From: Felis catus
Taxonomy: Eukaryota
Assembly (NCBI RefSeq): GCF_018350175.1
Contig: NC_058368.1
Coordinates: forward strand, 107,634,001-107,698,000
Reading direction: 5' to 3'
DNA length: 64,000 bases
Shown one piece after another: positions 48,501-60,824 of this stretch. The translations under genes and the position numbers were made by a program. The notes under the pieces are model-generated. The model saw nothing but the letters and a program-made list of their open reading frames with translations, had not been told where the DNA came from and searched no databases. Position 1 is the first letter of the stretch. Each line of letters begins with the position of its first letter.

Positions 48501-49963
48501 CTCTTGTTTTTTGGCAGATTTTTGATTACTAATTTGATATCCTTACTGGTTATGGGTCTGTTCACATTTTCTATTTCTTCCTGTTTCAGTTTTGGTAGTG
48601 TATATGTTTCTAGGAATTTGTCCATTTCTTCCATATTACCCATTTTATTGGCATATAATTGCTCATAATATTCTCTTATTATTGTTTTTATTTTGTTGTA
48701 TTGGTTGTGATCTCTCCTCTTTCATTCTAGATTTTATTTATTTGGATCCTTTCCTTTTTCTTCTTGATCAAACTGGCTAGTGGTTTATCAATTTTAATTC
48801 TTTCAAAGAACCAGCTTCTGGTTTCATTGATCTGTTCTACTGTTTTTTTGGTTTCAATAGGATTAATTTCTGCTCTAATCTTTAGTATTTCCTGTCTTCT
48901 GCTGGTTTTGGGTTTTATTTGCTGTTCTTTTTCCAGCTCCTTAAGGTGTAAGGTTAGGTTGTGTATCTGAGATCTTTCTTCCTTCTTTAGGAAGGCCTGG
49001 ATTGCTATATACTTTCCTCTTATGACCGCCTTTGCTGAGTCCCAGAGGTTTTGGGTTGTGGTGTTATCATTTTCATTGACTTCCATATACTTTTTAATTT
49101 CCTCTTTAACTGCTTGGTTAGCCCATTCATTCCTTAGTAGGATGTTCTTCAGTCTCCAAGTATTTTTTACCTTTCCAAATTTTTTCTTGTGGTTTATTTC
49201 GAGTTTCATAGCATTGTGGTCTGAAAATACGCATGGTATGATCTCGATCTTTTTGTATTTACTTAAGGCTGATTTGTGTCCCAGTATATGGTCTATTCTG
49301 GAGAATGTTCCATGTACACTGGAGAAGAATGTATATTCTGCTGCTTTAGAATGAAATGTTCTGAATATATCTGTTAAGTCCATCTGGTCCAGTGTGTCAT
49401 TCAAAGCCATTGTTTCCTTGTTGATTTTTTGATTAGATGATCTATTACTGTGAGGGGTGTGTTGAAGTGTCCTGCTATTATGGTATTACTATCAATTGGT
49501 TTCTTTATGTTTGTGATTAATTGATTTATATATTTGGGTGCGACCACATTTGGCACATAAACGTTTACAATTGTTAGGTCTTCGTCGTCTGTAGACCCCT
49601 TGATTATGATATAATGCCCTTCAGCCTCTCTTGATACAGTCTTTATTTTAAAGTCTAGATTGTCTGATATAAGTATGGCTACTCCAGCTTTCTTTTGTTG
49701 ACCATTAGCATGATAGATGGTTCTTCATCCCCTTATTTTCAATCTGAAGATGTCTTTAGGTCTAAAGTGGGTCTCTTGTAAACAGCATAGAGATGGATCT
49801 TGTTTTCTTATCCATTCTGTTACCCTATGTCTTTTGATTGGATCATTGAGTCCATTGATGTTTAGAGTGAGTACTGAAAGATATGAATTTATTGCCATTA
49901 TGATGCCTGTAGAGTTGGAGTTTCTGGTGGTGTTCTCTGGTCCTTTTAATCTTTGTTGCTTTT

Positions 49964-49964
<1 letters not shown>

Positions 49965-50008
<44 letters not shown>
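49965..50008. repeat. (GT)n microsatellite in the L1 inter-ORF spacer
   Basis: Directly visible. Confidence 0.99.
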
Positions 50009-50011
<3 letters not shown>

Positions 50012-51083
50012 CATCTTTTCTCCCCTCAGAGAGTCCCCCTTAAAATTTCTTGGAGGGATGGTTTAGTGGTCACAAAGTCCTTTAATTTTTGTTTGTCTGG
50101 GAAACTTTTTATCTCTTCTTCTATTTTGAATGACAGCCTTGCTGGATAAAGAATTCTTGGCTGCATATTTTTTTCTGATTCAGCACACTGAATATATCCG
50201 GCCACTCCTTTCTGGCCTGCCAAGTTTCTGTGGATAGGTCTGTCTTCCCTTGTGGGTTAGGGACTTTTTTCCCTTGCTGCTTTCATGATTCTCTCCTTGC
50301 CTGCATATTTTGTGAATTTGACTATGATATGCCTTGTTGATAGTCGGTTTTTGTTGAATCTAATGGGGGTTCTCTGTGCTTCGTGGATTTTGATGTCTGT
50401 GTGTTTCCCCAGGTTAGGAAAGTTTCCTGCTATGATTTGCTCACATAACCCTTCTACCCCTATTTCTCTCTCTTCCGCCTCTGGGACCCCTGTAATCCTG
50501 ATGCTGTTCCTTTTAATGGGTCACTGATTTCTCTAATTCTTAAATCATGCTCTTTTGCCTTAATCTCCCTCTTTTTTTTCTGCTTCGCTATTCTCTATAA
50601 GTTTGTCCTCTATATCACTGATTCTCTGTTCTGCCTCATCCGTCCTTGCCACTGCTGCATCCATCTGTGATTGCAGCTCAGTTATAGCACTTTTAATTTC
50701 ATTCTGGCTATTTTTTACTTCTTTTATCTCTGCAGAAAGGGATTCTAATCTATTTTTGACTCCAGCTAGTATTATTATCATGATTCTAAATTCTGGTTCA
50801 GACATCTTGCTTGTATCTGTGTTGGTTAAATCCCTGGCTGTCGTTTCTTCATGCTCTTTCTTTTGGGGTGAATTCCTTCATTTTGTCATTTTGAAGGGAG
50901 AAAAGGAATTAATGAGGTAGAAAAATTGAAATTAAAAAAACTAAAATTAAAAAAAATTAAAACTAAAAATACACACACACAAAAATCGAATAGATGATAC
51001 TAGATCCTAGGTGTGTTTTGATCTGGGTGTTGAAAGTGTTTTGACAGATTAGTAGGAAAAAAAAAGTGGGGGGAAGGAAATCG

Positions 51084-51720
51084 TTTGAGAATTTGAAAAA
51101 ATGAATACACTGAAGTAGACTAAAATGAGATGATGGGGGTAAAGTATAATTTGGAAAAATATACACAAAAGTAAAGAATATAGTAGAAAAAATTCAAAGG
51201 AAAATATTTTTAATAAAAATTAAAAATAAATATGAATTTTTTCATTTTCTGTATTTAAGAAAAAAGATATGAAAAAGAAAAAAAGGAAAAAAAGAAATCA
51301 TTTGAAAATTTGAAAAAGTGAATATACTGTAGTAGACTAAAATAAAATGATGGGATTAAGATAGAATTTGAAAAAAATTACACAAAAGCAAAAAATATAG
51401 TAATAAAAATTAAATAAAAATATTTTTAAAATAAATTTAAAGTAAAAATGAAGTTTTTCTCTTTCTGCATTCAAGAAAAAGAAATGAAAAAGAAAAAAAA
51501 GGAAATTGTTTGAAAATTTGAAAAGATGAGTACACTGAAGTAGACTAAAATAAAATGATGGAAGTAAAGGTAGAATTTGAAACAATTTACACAAAAGTAG
51601 AAAATATAGTAATAAAAATTAAAGACAGATATTTTTAATAAAAATTGAAAATTAAAATGAATTTTTTCTCTTTCTGTATTCAAGAAAAAGAAAAGAATTG
51701 TAAAAGAGAAAAAGAAAAAG
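51084..51720. repeat. Three ~210-bp AT-rich tandem units inside the L1 5' UTR
   Basis: Anchor tttgaRaatttgaaaa...tacactgaagtagactaaaat recurs at ~51084, ~51301 and ~51509. Confidence 0.9.
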
Positions 51721-53163
51721 AAAAAAACAAAAAAAAATTGAATAGATGAACCTGCTAACAGATTGAAGTAGGTCTGAAATTGCTTCGTTTTCCCCTAGAG
51801 GTCAGTCTTTGTAGCTCTTTATAGTCCATAAATTAAGCCAGCGGTGAGGCTTGTGTTCTTGAAGAGCAAAGTTGGCCCAGTTGGGTTGGGCTCGGTGTAA
51901 CAGCTCTGCTCTCCACTAGATGGCACTGCTATCCTTCTGGGGTGGATTGTTGCAGTGCTTGTAGGTGCTCATGTGCATGCATGGAAGCGGTGAAAATGGT
52001 GCTACCCAGCTACCCAGTCTGTTCTCCCAGATCAGCAATTGTGCACCAGTCTTCTGTCTTCAGCTCTCGTCCACTCCCCGCTTTTCACTCTCTGTGACCA
52101 GGCCCCAGGCAGTACCTCTCTTCCAAGTTCTGTCTCAGATGTGGCTGTTCCCCAGCCCCTTTCTTCCAAAGGACTGTGGCTTTGACCCGCTCCGCCCCAC
52201 TGCAGGATGGTCTCACCAAGCAATGGGCAAATCAGCAGTGGCTGAATGTCAGCTGCACCCAGGAACGCCCGCTGGACCCTGCTGTTGCCTGTGCCCCGGG
52301 ACTGTGGCCAGGTGCCAGCCCACCCCAGAAAAAGTTTGTGAGACAGTGTATCAGCAGTGTTCCAGGGATTATGGAAAATTACAACACATATCTGTCACCA
52401 GGCTTCACCCTCAACGACCTGGCCCCAGCATTAGCGAATGTGGCCGCCTTCTGGGGTCTGTTGGGACCAGGTGGCTCCAACAATCTCTACCAAATGTCCT
52501 TCCAGCAGTGGAACCACTTTTCCCCGTGTGGCCCAAGACCCTCCCAGACCCCAGTCTGTTCCTGGGGATTTGTCTTTCCCACCAGAGCACTGCGGAGTTG
52601 CAGCCTTTGCATTCCCCTTGTTTACAGTCTTAATGGGATTTAAACCCTCTCCTTTCTCCTTTCTCCCTTTTTGGTTTAGTCCCTGGGACTGTTTCCAATT
52701 TTCCACTTTCTCTCCAGCTACTTTTGGGGAGGGGTGCTTTTCCCATGTGCTCCCCCCCAGTCTCCATCTTCTCTCTGTCCACAAAAAGGGTTCCCTACCT
52801 TTCGTGGCTTCTCGCTCCCCAAGTTCAGCTCTCCGTGACGTGTACCTGCTGAATTCTGTGGTTCAGGTTGTGCAGATTGTTGTGTTAATCCTCCAGTCAG
52901 TTTTCTAGGTGTGTAGGATGGTTTAGTGTTGGTCTGGCTGCATTTCATGTACGCGAGACACACAAAAAGCTTCCATGCTGTTCTGTCATCTTGGTTCCTC
53001 CCCTCTTAGAACATTTTTGATAAAGCATATAAGACACATCTTTTATTGTCTTCATGTATTTTGGGCCATTAGCCTTTTATACAAACATTGTTGAAATGTG
53101 GTAACCAGTTTGGTTGTTAACTAGGAAAAATGCCATCAGAGACTTTCCATTTAGTGTTCTGCT

Positions 53164-53589
53164 CTTTTTTTTTTTCCTTCAGGTTCAGGTGTAGAATACA
53201 GTGACTCAGTATTTATATACATTATGAAGTGGTCAACACAATAAGTCTAGCTAGTTATAGTGTGTCACCTTACAAAGTTGTATAGTATTCCCTGTGCTAT
53301 ATATTACATCCCTGTGTCTTATTTATTTTATAACTAGAAGACCATAAGTCTTAATCCACTTACCTGTTTTAAATATTCTCCCATCCCCTTCCCCTCTGCC
53401 AGTCATCAGCTAGATCTCTCTGTGAGTCTCTTTCTGTGTTGTTTTGTTTTTTCATTTGTTTTTTAAGTTCCACGTGTAAGTGAAATCATATGGTATTTGT
53501 CTTGCTCAATCTGATTTCACTTAGCCTAATAACCTATAGCTCCATCCATGTTATCACAGATGACAAGATTTTATTGCTGAATAATATTC

Positions 53590-53644
<55 letters not shown>

Positions 53645-56365
53645 CATGAAAATTGCTTTATCCATCATTGGACATGTTGGCTGCTTGTATATCTTGGCTA
53701 TTCTAAATAATGCCATGATGAACGTAGGAGTATATATATTTTTTTGAATTAGTGTTTTCATTTTCTTTGGATAAATACCTAGAAGTGGAATTGCTAGATC
53801 ATAAAATAGTTCTATTTTTTTATTTTTTGAGGAACTTCTCTAATATTTGCTTAGAAGCTACATCAGTATACATTCCCACCAACAGTGCATGAAGATTTCC
53901 TTTTCTCTACCTCCTTGCCAATACTTGTTGTTTCTTGTCTTTCGGATAACATCCATTCTGACATGTGTGAGTTGAGGGTTCACTGTGGATTTGATTTGCA
54001 TTTTTTGATGGTTAGTGATATCAAGCATCTTTTCATGTGCTTCTTGGCCATCTGTATGTCTTCTTTGTGAAAGAGGAACTATTTAGTTCCTCTGCCCACT
54101 TTTTAATGAGATTGTTTTGATTTTGTTTGGGTGATATTAAGTTGTATATAAATATTCTTTAGTTCTTCATATAGTTTGGGTGTTTACCCCTTATCAGATA
54201 TATCATTTATGAATATCTTCTTTCATTCAGCAGGTTGACTTTTTGTCTCATTCATAGTTCCCTTCACTTTGCAAACATTTTCTAATTTGATGTATTCCCC
54301 TTTCTTTTTTGCTTTTCTTATCATTGCCTGAGCTGTCTCCAAAAAACTATGTCTAAGACCAGTGTCGCAGACCTTACTGTCTGTGTGTTCTTCTAGGAGT
54401 TTATGGTTTCAGGTCTTTAGTGTTGAATCCATTTTGAGCTTATTTTTGTGTATGGTGTAGGATAGCAGTCCATTTTACTCTTTTGCATTTAGCTGTCCAG
54501 TTTTCCTAACAACATTTATCATAGAGACTGTCTTTTCCCCCACTGTGTATTCTTGCCTCCTTTGTCTATTTTAGTTGACCATATAAGCATGGATTTACTT
54601 CTGGGCTCTCCGTTCCATTCCATTAATCTATGAGTCTGTTTTTGTGCCAGTACCATTCTGTTTTGATAATTAATGCTTTATTGTATATCTTGAAATCTGC
54701 AATTGTGATGCCTCCAGCTTTGTTATTTTTCACAAGGTTGCTTTGGCTATTTGGTGTCTTTGTGGTTCCATACAAATTTTTGTATTATTTGTTCTATGAA
54801 AAATGCCATTTGCATTTTTATAATGATTAAATTGAATATGTAGGTGGGTTTGAGTGGTATGGACACTTTAACCATATTTATTATTCCAATTCATAAGCGC
54901 AGTATATCTTTCCATTTATTTGTGTCATCTTCAGTTTCTTTCCTCATTGTCTCAGACTTTTCAGAGTACAGGTCTTTCACCTACTTGGTTAAATTTATTC
55001 TTAGGTATTTTATGCTTGTTGATGCAACTGTAAATTGTTTTTTAATTTCTGTTATTCATTATTAGTATATAGAAGCAACAACAAATTTCTGTATATTGAT
55101 TTTGTGTCCTGAAACTTTACTGAAGTCATTTATTACTTCTAGTAGTTTTGGGGTGAAGGCTTTAGGGATTTCTATAAATATTATCATGTCACGCGAAAAT
55201 AGTTAAGTTTTACTTCTTCTTTTCCAATTTGGGTCCTGTTTTGTTTTTGGGTTTTTTTTTTTTCTTACCTGATTGCTATGGCTAGGGCTTCCAATGCTAT
55301 GTTAAATAAAAGTGACAAGAGTTGGCATCCTTGTCTTGTTCCTGATCTTAGAGGAGACGCTTTTAGCTTTTCACCATTGAGTATGTTAGCTGTAGCTTTG
55401 TCATATATGACCTTTATTATTTTGAGGTACGTTTCCTTTGTACATACCCACTTTGTTGACATTTTTATCATAAATGGGTGTTGAGTTTTGTCAAATGATT
55501 TTTCTGCATCTATTGAGTTGATCATATGATTATTATCCTTTGTTTTGTTAATGTAGTGTATCATGTTGATTGATTTGTAGATAATGAACCATCCTCACAT
55601 CCCTGAATAAATCCTGCTTGATAATGATTATGATCCTTTTAACACAGTGTTGAATTCAGTTTGTTGATATTTTGTTGGAAATCTCTACATCTGTGTTCAT
55701 CCATGGATATTGGCCTGTGATTTTCTGTTTTTGTAATGTCTTTGGTTTCGGTATGAGGCTAATGCTCCCTCATAGAATGAGTTTCAAAGTGTTCCCTTCA
55801 TTTTTTTGGAATAGTTTGAAAAGGATATATATTCACTCTTTTAATGTTTGGTAGAGAATTCACTTGTGAAACCATCTGGTTCTGGACTTTTGTTTGCTAG
55901 GAGTTTTTTGATTCCTGATTAAGTTTCATTGCTAGTTGTAGCCCTGTTCACATCTTTTATTTCCTCCTGATTCAGTGTTGGAAGATTGTATGTTTCTAGG
56001 AATTTGTTTATTTCTTCTAGGTTGTCCAATTTGTTGGCATGCAATTGTACATAGTAGCGTTTTATGATCCTTTGTATTTTTGTAGTATCAGTTGTAACTT
56101 CTTTTTAATTTCTGATATAGCCCTCTTTCCTTTTTTTCTTGATGAATCTTGTCAAGTTTTATCCGTTGTGCTTACATTTTCAAAGAACCAGCCCTGAGTT
56201 GTATTAATCTTTTGTGAGTTTTTGTTTGCTTGTTTCTTTTCCATTTATTTCTACTTTGATTTTTGTTATTTCCTTCTTTCTATTAACTTTGAGCTTTGTT
56301 TGTTTCTTTTTTTTTTTTTAGGTCACTTAAGTGTAAGTTTAGATTCTTTATTTGAGCTTTTCCTT
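53164..56365 (-). mobile_element. 5'-truncated older L1 (L1MA/L1_Carn-like), ORF2 3' half and 3' UTR
   Basis: poly(T) at 53164; RT peptide in ORF 55265-55564 ([10 protein letters not shown]...GTRQGC). Confidence 0.95.
53594..53641. repeat. (TG)n microsatellite
   Basis: Directly visible. Confidence 0.99.
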
Positions 56366-58103
56366 GCCCAGGGAGGGCAGGATTCAGATTTTGAAAATCT
56401 CTGCGAACTTCCAAAGGATATGATCATGAGTCTATATGGTAAAATCAATATCATTAAAGGTTTCTGTTTACAAGCTAATTGTGTCCTGGTGTGTTATGAC
56501 ATATTTTATAGGGCAGAGTGTTTCCCAGGTGTCAGGTAAGGATTTGAGCCAAAAAAAGTAATTACAGAAGGGAAAACCAAAGCCTTAGTTTACATAACAA
56601 CTAAAGAGGTAAAAAGAGATTTGCATTCTCATTAGGGTTTCCCTGTATCACAATGAGTAGAACTGAAAAGACATTAAAAAACAAAATATGGGGGGACAAA
56701 CTCAGACTACATTTTAACAACTTTGCTTGACAATTGACCTTGTAAGTTCCAAATTGAAAATCTTTGTAATAGTTCAATGATTTCTCTTAGTGCATGTTCA
56801 GTTAGGGGGAGGAAGAATAGCTGTTTTTCCTTACAGTAGTTACATAAATATTCACAACTTACTCAAGAGTAGAAAGATTGGAAAACAATTACATTTATGT
56901 TTCAAAATTTGTAGAATTAAGATTTTGCTATTACAAGAGGAAATTGGATAATTTCACAGCTTTGCAGTGTTACCTGCCTCATTTGAAGATCATTTGAAGA
57001 CATTAAAACTTGTTCTTAGACTTTCTTGAGAGATCTGAATGCCAGGAGTGGCATGCATGGCTGTTTAACCAGCAAGAATAAGTAGATGAAATTTAACAGT
57101 GGTTCCAATTTGTGACATTTTATTGATAGATGACTACCAAATTCTAGAGTTCTCTTTTTGTAGCCCCCTCAGAATGGAGGACTAATTCTGCTGTATTATA
57201 GCACATATGGTGTGACTGGTATAAGGGACCAAGAACAACAGAATTTGCTTGAAAGATAATATTCTTGAATAAGTCAGTTTTCAATTTAGTTACCTCATTT
57301 ATAAGCAAAGTTCTTACTGTCTGGCCATTCCTCCAGTAAGAAGTGAGGTGAAGGAGTGGATGCTGAGTGATGAAGCCTGAGAAAAGCTCAACAATGTATC
57401 TTGCATAATGCCTTGAAATGCTTTGTGTGTATTGCAAACATGTCCCTATTTTTTTAGGCACCTGTTTCGTTCATATTGCTTTCTTAGCATTCATTTCTTT
57501 CCTTTGGCTTTATGTTTGACAACAATAACTATCTTTTACAAAGATTACGCAGGAGCCACGGTTTTTGGAGCTTCATTGTTCGCCATCTGTACGGAGAATA
57601 CCAGTGAGGAGTTTTGCAAGAGTTATCCTTTAGCTTTGTGAAAAAATTCTGGCTAACAGAATTAGCACCAAAAAAACCAGTAAACTTTATTTCCCACTGA
57701 CTTTTAAATACTGATGAATCTTAAGCATTTCTAAGCAGTATGTGAGTGAGTATGAGCTAGATTAAAGAGAGCAGTATCACGAGATTCGGAAGCGGGGAGG
57801 ACTGGCGTAAAATTTTATGTTGGACTTTTATCCATATCAAAACTACTAAAATAACCATTTGAAATAGGAAGATAATGATAATGATGATGATAACAACAAT
57901 AACAACACTTTGGAAAAGGTAATTTATTGAATATTTGTTTTTTTCTTCCAAGCATGGCCATGGTTGTATTTCCTGCTTTCACAATGTCATGGAGGTTAGA
58001 ATAGAATCAAGTTGATGCAAAGAGGAACATAAATGTTCCATTTCTGGCACACCTGAGTTTGTGGACCAAGTTCATACTTGCTATAATTTACTAAATTTAC
58101 AGA

Positions 58104-58360
58104 TGTGGAAAAATGTACTTGTTGGAAGACACAACTGCCAGGGACCCTAAGTGTTCCCGCATGTTCTTGGCTGGGGAAATCAAAATGCAAGACTCTAACC
58201 ACTCTTTACTGTGATCATTTCTCAAGGTTATGCTTGTTACAAGTAATCATGACAGATGTAGTAATATCCCTCCTAGACAAAGAGCAGGGCTCCTTCCTCT
58301 TGCTATAAAAAATAGTGAATATCTTAAGCTCAGTGTTCCTCTCCTGTAATGCAATCCAAC
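58104..58360 (+). mobile_element. Old ERV1-type LTR 5' part (MER89/MER90-like)
   Basis: tgtggaaaaatg...gccagggaccctaa...gacaaagagcagg...ttgctataaaa...aagctcagtgttcctc. Confidence 0.55.
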
Positions 58361-58940
58361 AGGACAGAGACAGAGTGATTAAGAATATAGCTATAATAGC
58401 CCAGAACTAAGACTCTAGGGTGCTGAATACTGCTAAGAGATGGAGTGTCTATATGTACATAGAAGTTCCATGCAATGCCTGTGAAAGTGTGAAGATAGTC
58501 ATCCTGGCCATTCTCTAGCCATCATAGAGAACCATCGGACCTGGTCAAATGAAGTGCACATCTCCCCTATGACTCAGTAATTTTGCTCAAGTAATTTAAC
58601 TCATTTTGAAACAAGAATAAATATTAGCAGATTCCTGGGTCATCCTTATTCCAGAAATTTGTGAGGATGTCCATCACTGTGTTGTTTGTGATGACAGGAA
58701 AACTGAAATGATTCAAATGTCTTTTTCTATGGATGGGTAGGTCAAATATGAAGTATCCACATCATGGAATCCATTTTTACCTTTAGAAGTAATAGACTAT
58801 GTATAAAACAATATGAGCTAATTTTAAATCTTAATGCTAAAGGTAAAAAATAAGAGTTAATAATAATACAGTACCATCTGTGCACATTAGAAATACATAC
58901 ACTCAAAACAACTTAGGTTTTATAAGAACCCATGTATTTA

Positions 58941-59107
58941 GCGGGCCTGGGTGGCTCAGTTGGTTAAGCGTCCAACTTCCACTCAGGTCATAATCTTGCG
59001 GTTCACAACTTTGAGCCCAGCTTTGGGTTCTGTGCTGACAGCTCAGAGCCTGGAGCCTGCTTCAGATTCTGTGTCTCCCTCTCTCTCTGCCCCTGCCCCA
59101 CTCATGC

Positions 59108-59160
<53 letters not shown>

Positions 59161-59193
59161 AAATAAATAAATATTGAAAAAAAAATTTTTAAA
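58941..59193 (+). mobile_element. CAN-SINE with expanded (CT)n
   Basis: Exact 17-bp TSD aagaacccatgtattta (58924-58940 / 59194-59210). Confidence 0.97.
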
Positions 59194-59492
59194 AAGAACC
59201 CATGTATTTATACATGTTAAATGCATGAGAAATCATGTCTTTGGTGGCTGAAAGATGAGAGAAAATAATGAAAGGATGAAATAAAAGAGATAAATAGGTT
59301 AAAGCAAGAGACGATTCTTGCATAACAATATGACAGTAAGTCATGTATAGCCCTCTATGCCCAAGTTTAAAAAATGTATGTGTGTTTGTATGTTCTAAGT
59401 AAGTTACAAGTGCCAATAGTTCCAACAGGTAGTGTGGATGGTTCAGCCTTGGTTGAGGTTATACAGTCCTTCTAATGAATTCTCTCTACCTC

Positions 59493-59816
59493 TTTTAAAC
59501 AATTTTATTGTGTTAAGAACACTTAATGTGACATGTACTCACCACAGATTTTAAGTGTACAATACATTATTGTTCACTCTAGTCAAGGTTGTATAGTAGA
59601 TCTCTAGAGTTTATTCATTTCATTAACTGAAGTTTAGGACTGCTGACTAATAACTCCCCATTTCCCCTGTCTCCAGCCCATAATAACTGCCATTCTACAT
59701 GGTTGGACCTTGAGAACATTATGCTAAGTAAAATAAAACAGGAACATAAGGACAAATTCTGCATGATTACACTTATATATGAAGTATCTAAAATAGTCAA
59801 ATTAATGAAATCAAAT
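59493..59816 (-). mobile_element. Short inverted (twin-primed) L1MA-type 3' end
   Basis: 59493-59698 is antisense 3' UTR; 59697-59816 is the sense segment that normally precedes it. Confidence 0.75.
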
Positions 59817-60263
59817 CCTAAAAGGGTGGTTATTACCACAATACATACATACTTACGTGCACACACACGTGATTTATTTCCTCCTCTGAAGTCACAAAAG
59901 ACCCTCTTCTGCTTTATAAAGTAGTAAGAGGCCAAAGCATTTACTGGTGGTAAGTAGAAGCAGAAAAGAATTGAAGCCATGGAAGTAGGTGCTAAATCAG
60001 ACCAAGACAACTTTTAAATTTAAAGAATAATTTGTCTGAAATTTTGTACTTATTAGGGAATTCCCTTCCTTAGGAATGAAAATAAACGCATAAATAAATT
60101 TGACTTTATCTAGAAGATATTCATCCCTTAGAAACATTTCACTTCAAAAAAGTTTCAAGTGTTAGGCAGCTACTTAAGGCCCCCAGCTCACGTTGGAGTG
60201 GGAGGTTGGAGTGAACACAGTGTTCTCATTCCTTTTACATAACTCTTCTATTGCATTAGGTTT

Positions 60264-60475
60264 TTGAAAAAAAAAATTTTTTTAATGATTTTTGAGAAAG
60301 GGACAGAGCATGAGTGGGGGAGGAGCAGAGAGAGAGGGAGACACAGAATCCAAAGCAGGCTCCAGGCTCTGAGCTGTCAGCACAGAGCCCGACGTGAGGC
60401 TCCGACTCATGGACCGTGAGATCATGACCTGAGCTGAAGTTGGACACTTACGTATCTAAGCCACCCAGGCACCCC
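60264..60475 (-). mobile_element. CAN-SINE (SINEC)
   Basis: Antisense structure; TSD tgcatt(a/t)ggttt. Confidence 0.95.
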
Positions 60476-60499
60476 TGCATTTGGTTTCTTATTTGGAAT

Positions 60500-60680
60500 T
60501 CACTTTAATTAAACTCTTTGTGCCTCATCTTCATCTTTGTGTCTGTTCATCTCTAAATGGGTATGATAAAAATGGTATCTACCCTATGGGGTTGTTAGGA
60601 GTATTAAATGAGTTAGTATTTAAAAGCACTTAGAACACGGCCTGGCACATAGTACACATTATATAAATGTTAAACAATAA
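60500..60680 (+). mobile_element. MIR 3' half
   Basis: tctaccctatggggttgttaggagtattaaatgag...aaagcacttagaacacggcctggcacatagta. Confidence 0.85.
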
Positions 60681-60824
60681 ATCTGAAACATCCATAGTTT
60701 TATGTGCTTTCTCTATTTGACTTTATTTGAAAAGTTTTGAGGTTTATAACAAAGATAGAACTGCTTTAATGAAATTGGGGGAAATGTATCTGTAACACAG
60801 GATTTCCAGTTTTGCTAGGAACGC

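Larger units (their letters stand above)
45869..53003 (-). mobile_element. Full-length but inactivated cat-type L1 (ORF1 ~50889-50026; ORF2 from 49898 to ~46115)
   Basis: Minus start GGGGAGGAACCAAGATG; long ORF2 pieces in the track (48727-49410 endonuclease end, 47850-48206 RT, 46356-47336 C-terminal); several stops and frameshifts; poly(A) at 45869-45897. Confidence 0.98.

Noticed and set aside
46356..49410. Long ORFs (326, 147, 118, 116, 227 aa) as host genes or an active L1
   Set aside because: They are consecutive fragments of L1 ORF2 broken by stops and frameshifts; not retrotransposition-competent
51965..52963. Overlapping 81-222 aa ORFs and elevated GC as a gene or host CpG island
   Set aside because: They lie inside the L1 5' UTR; GC richness explains the lack of stops
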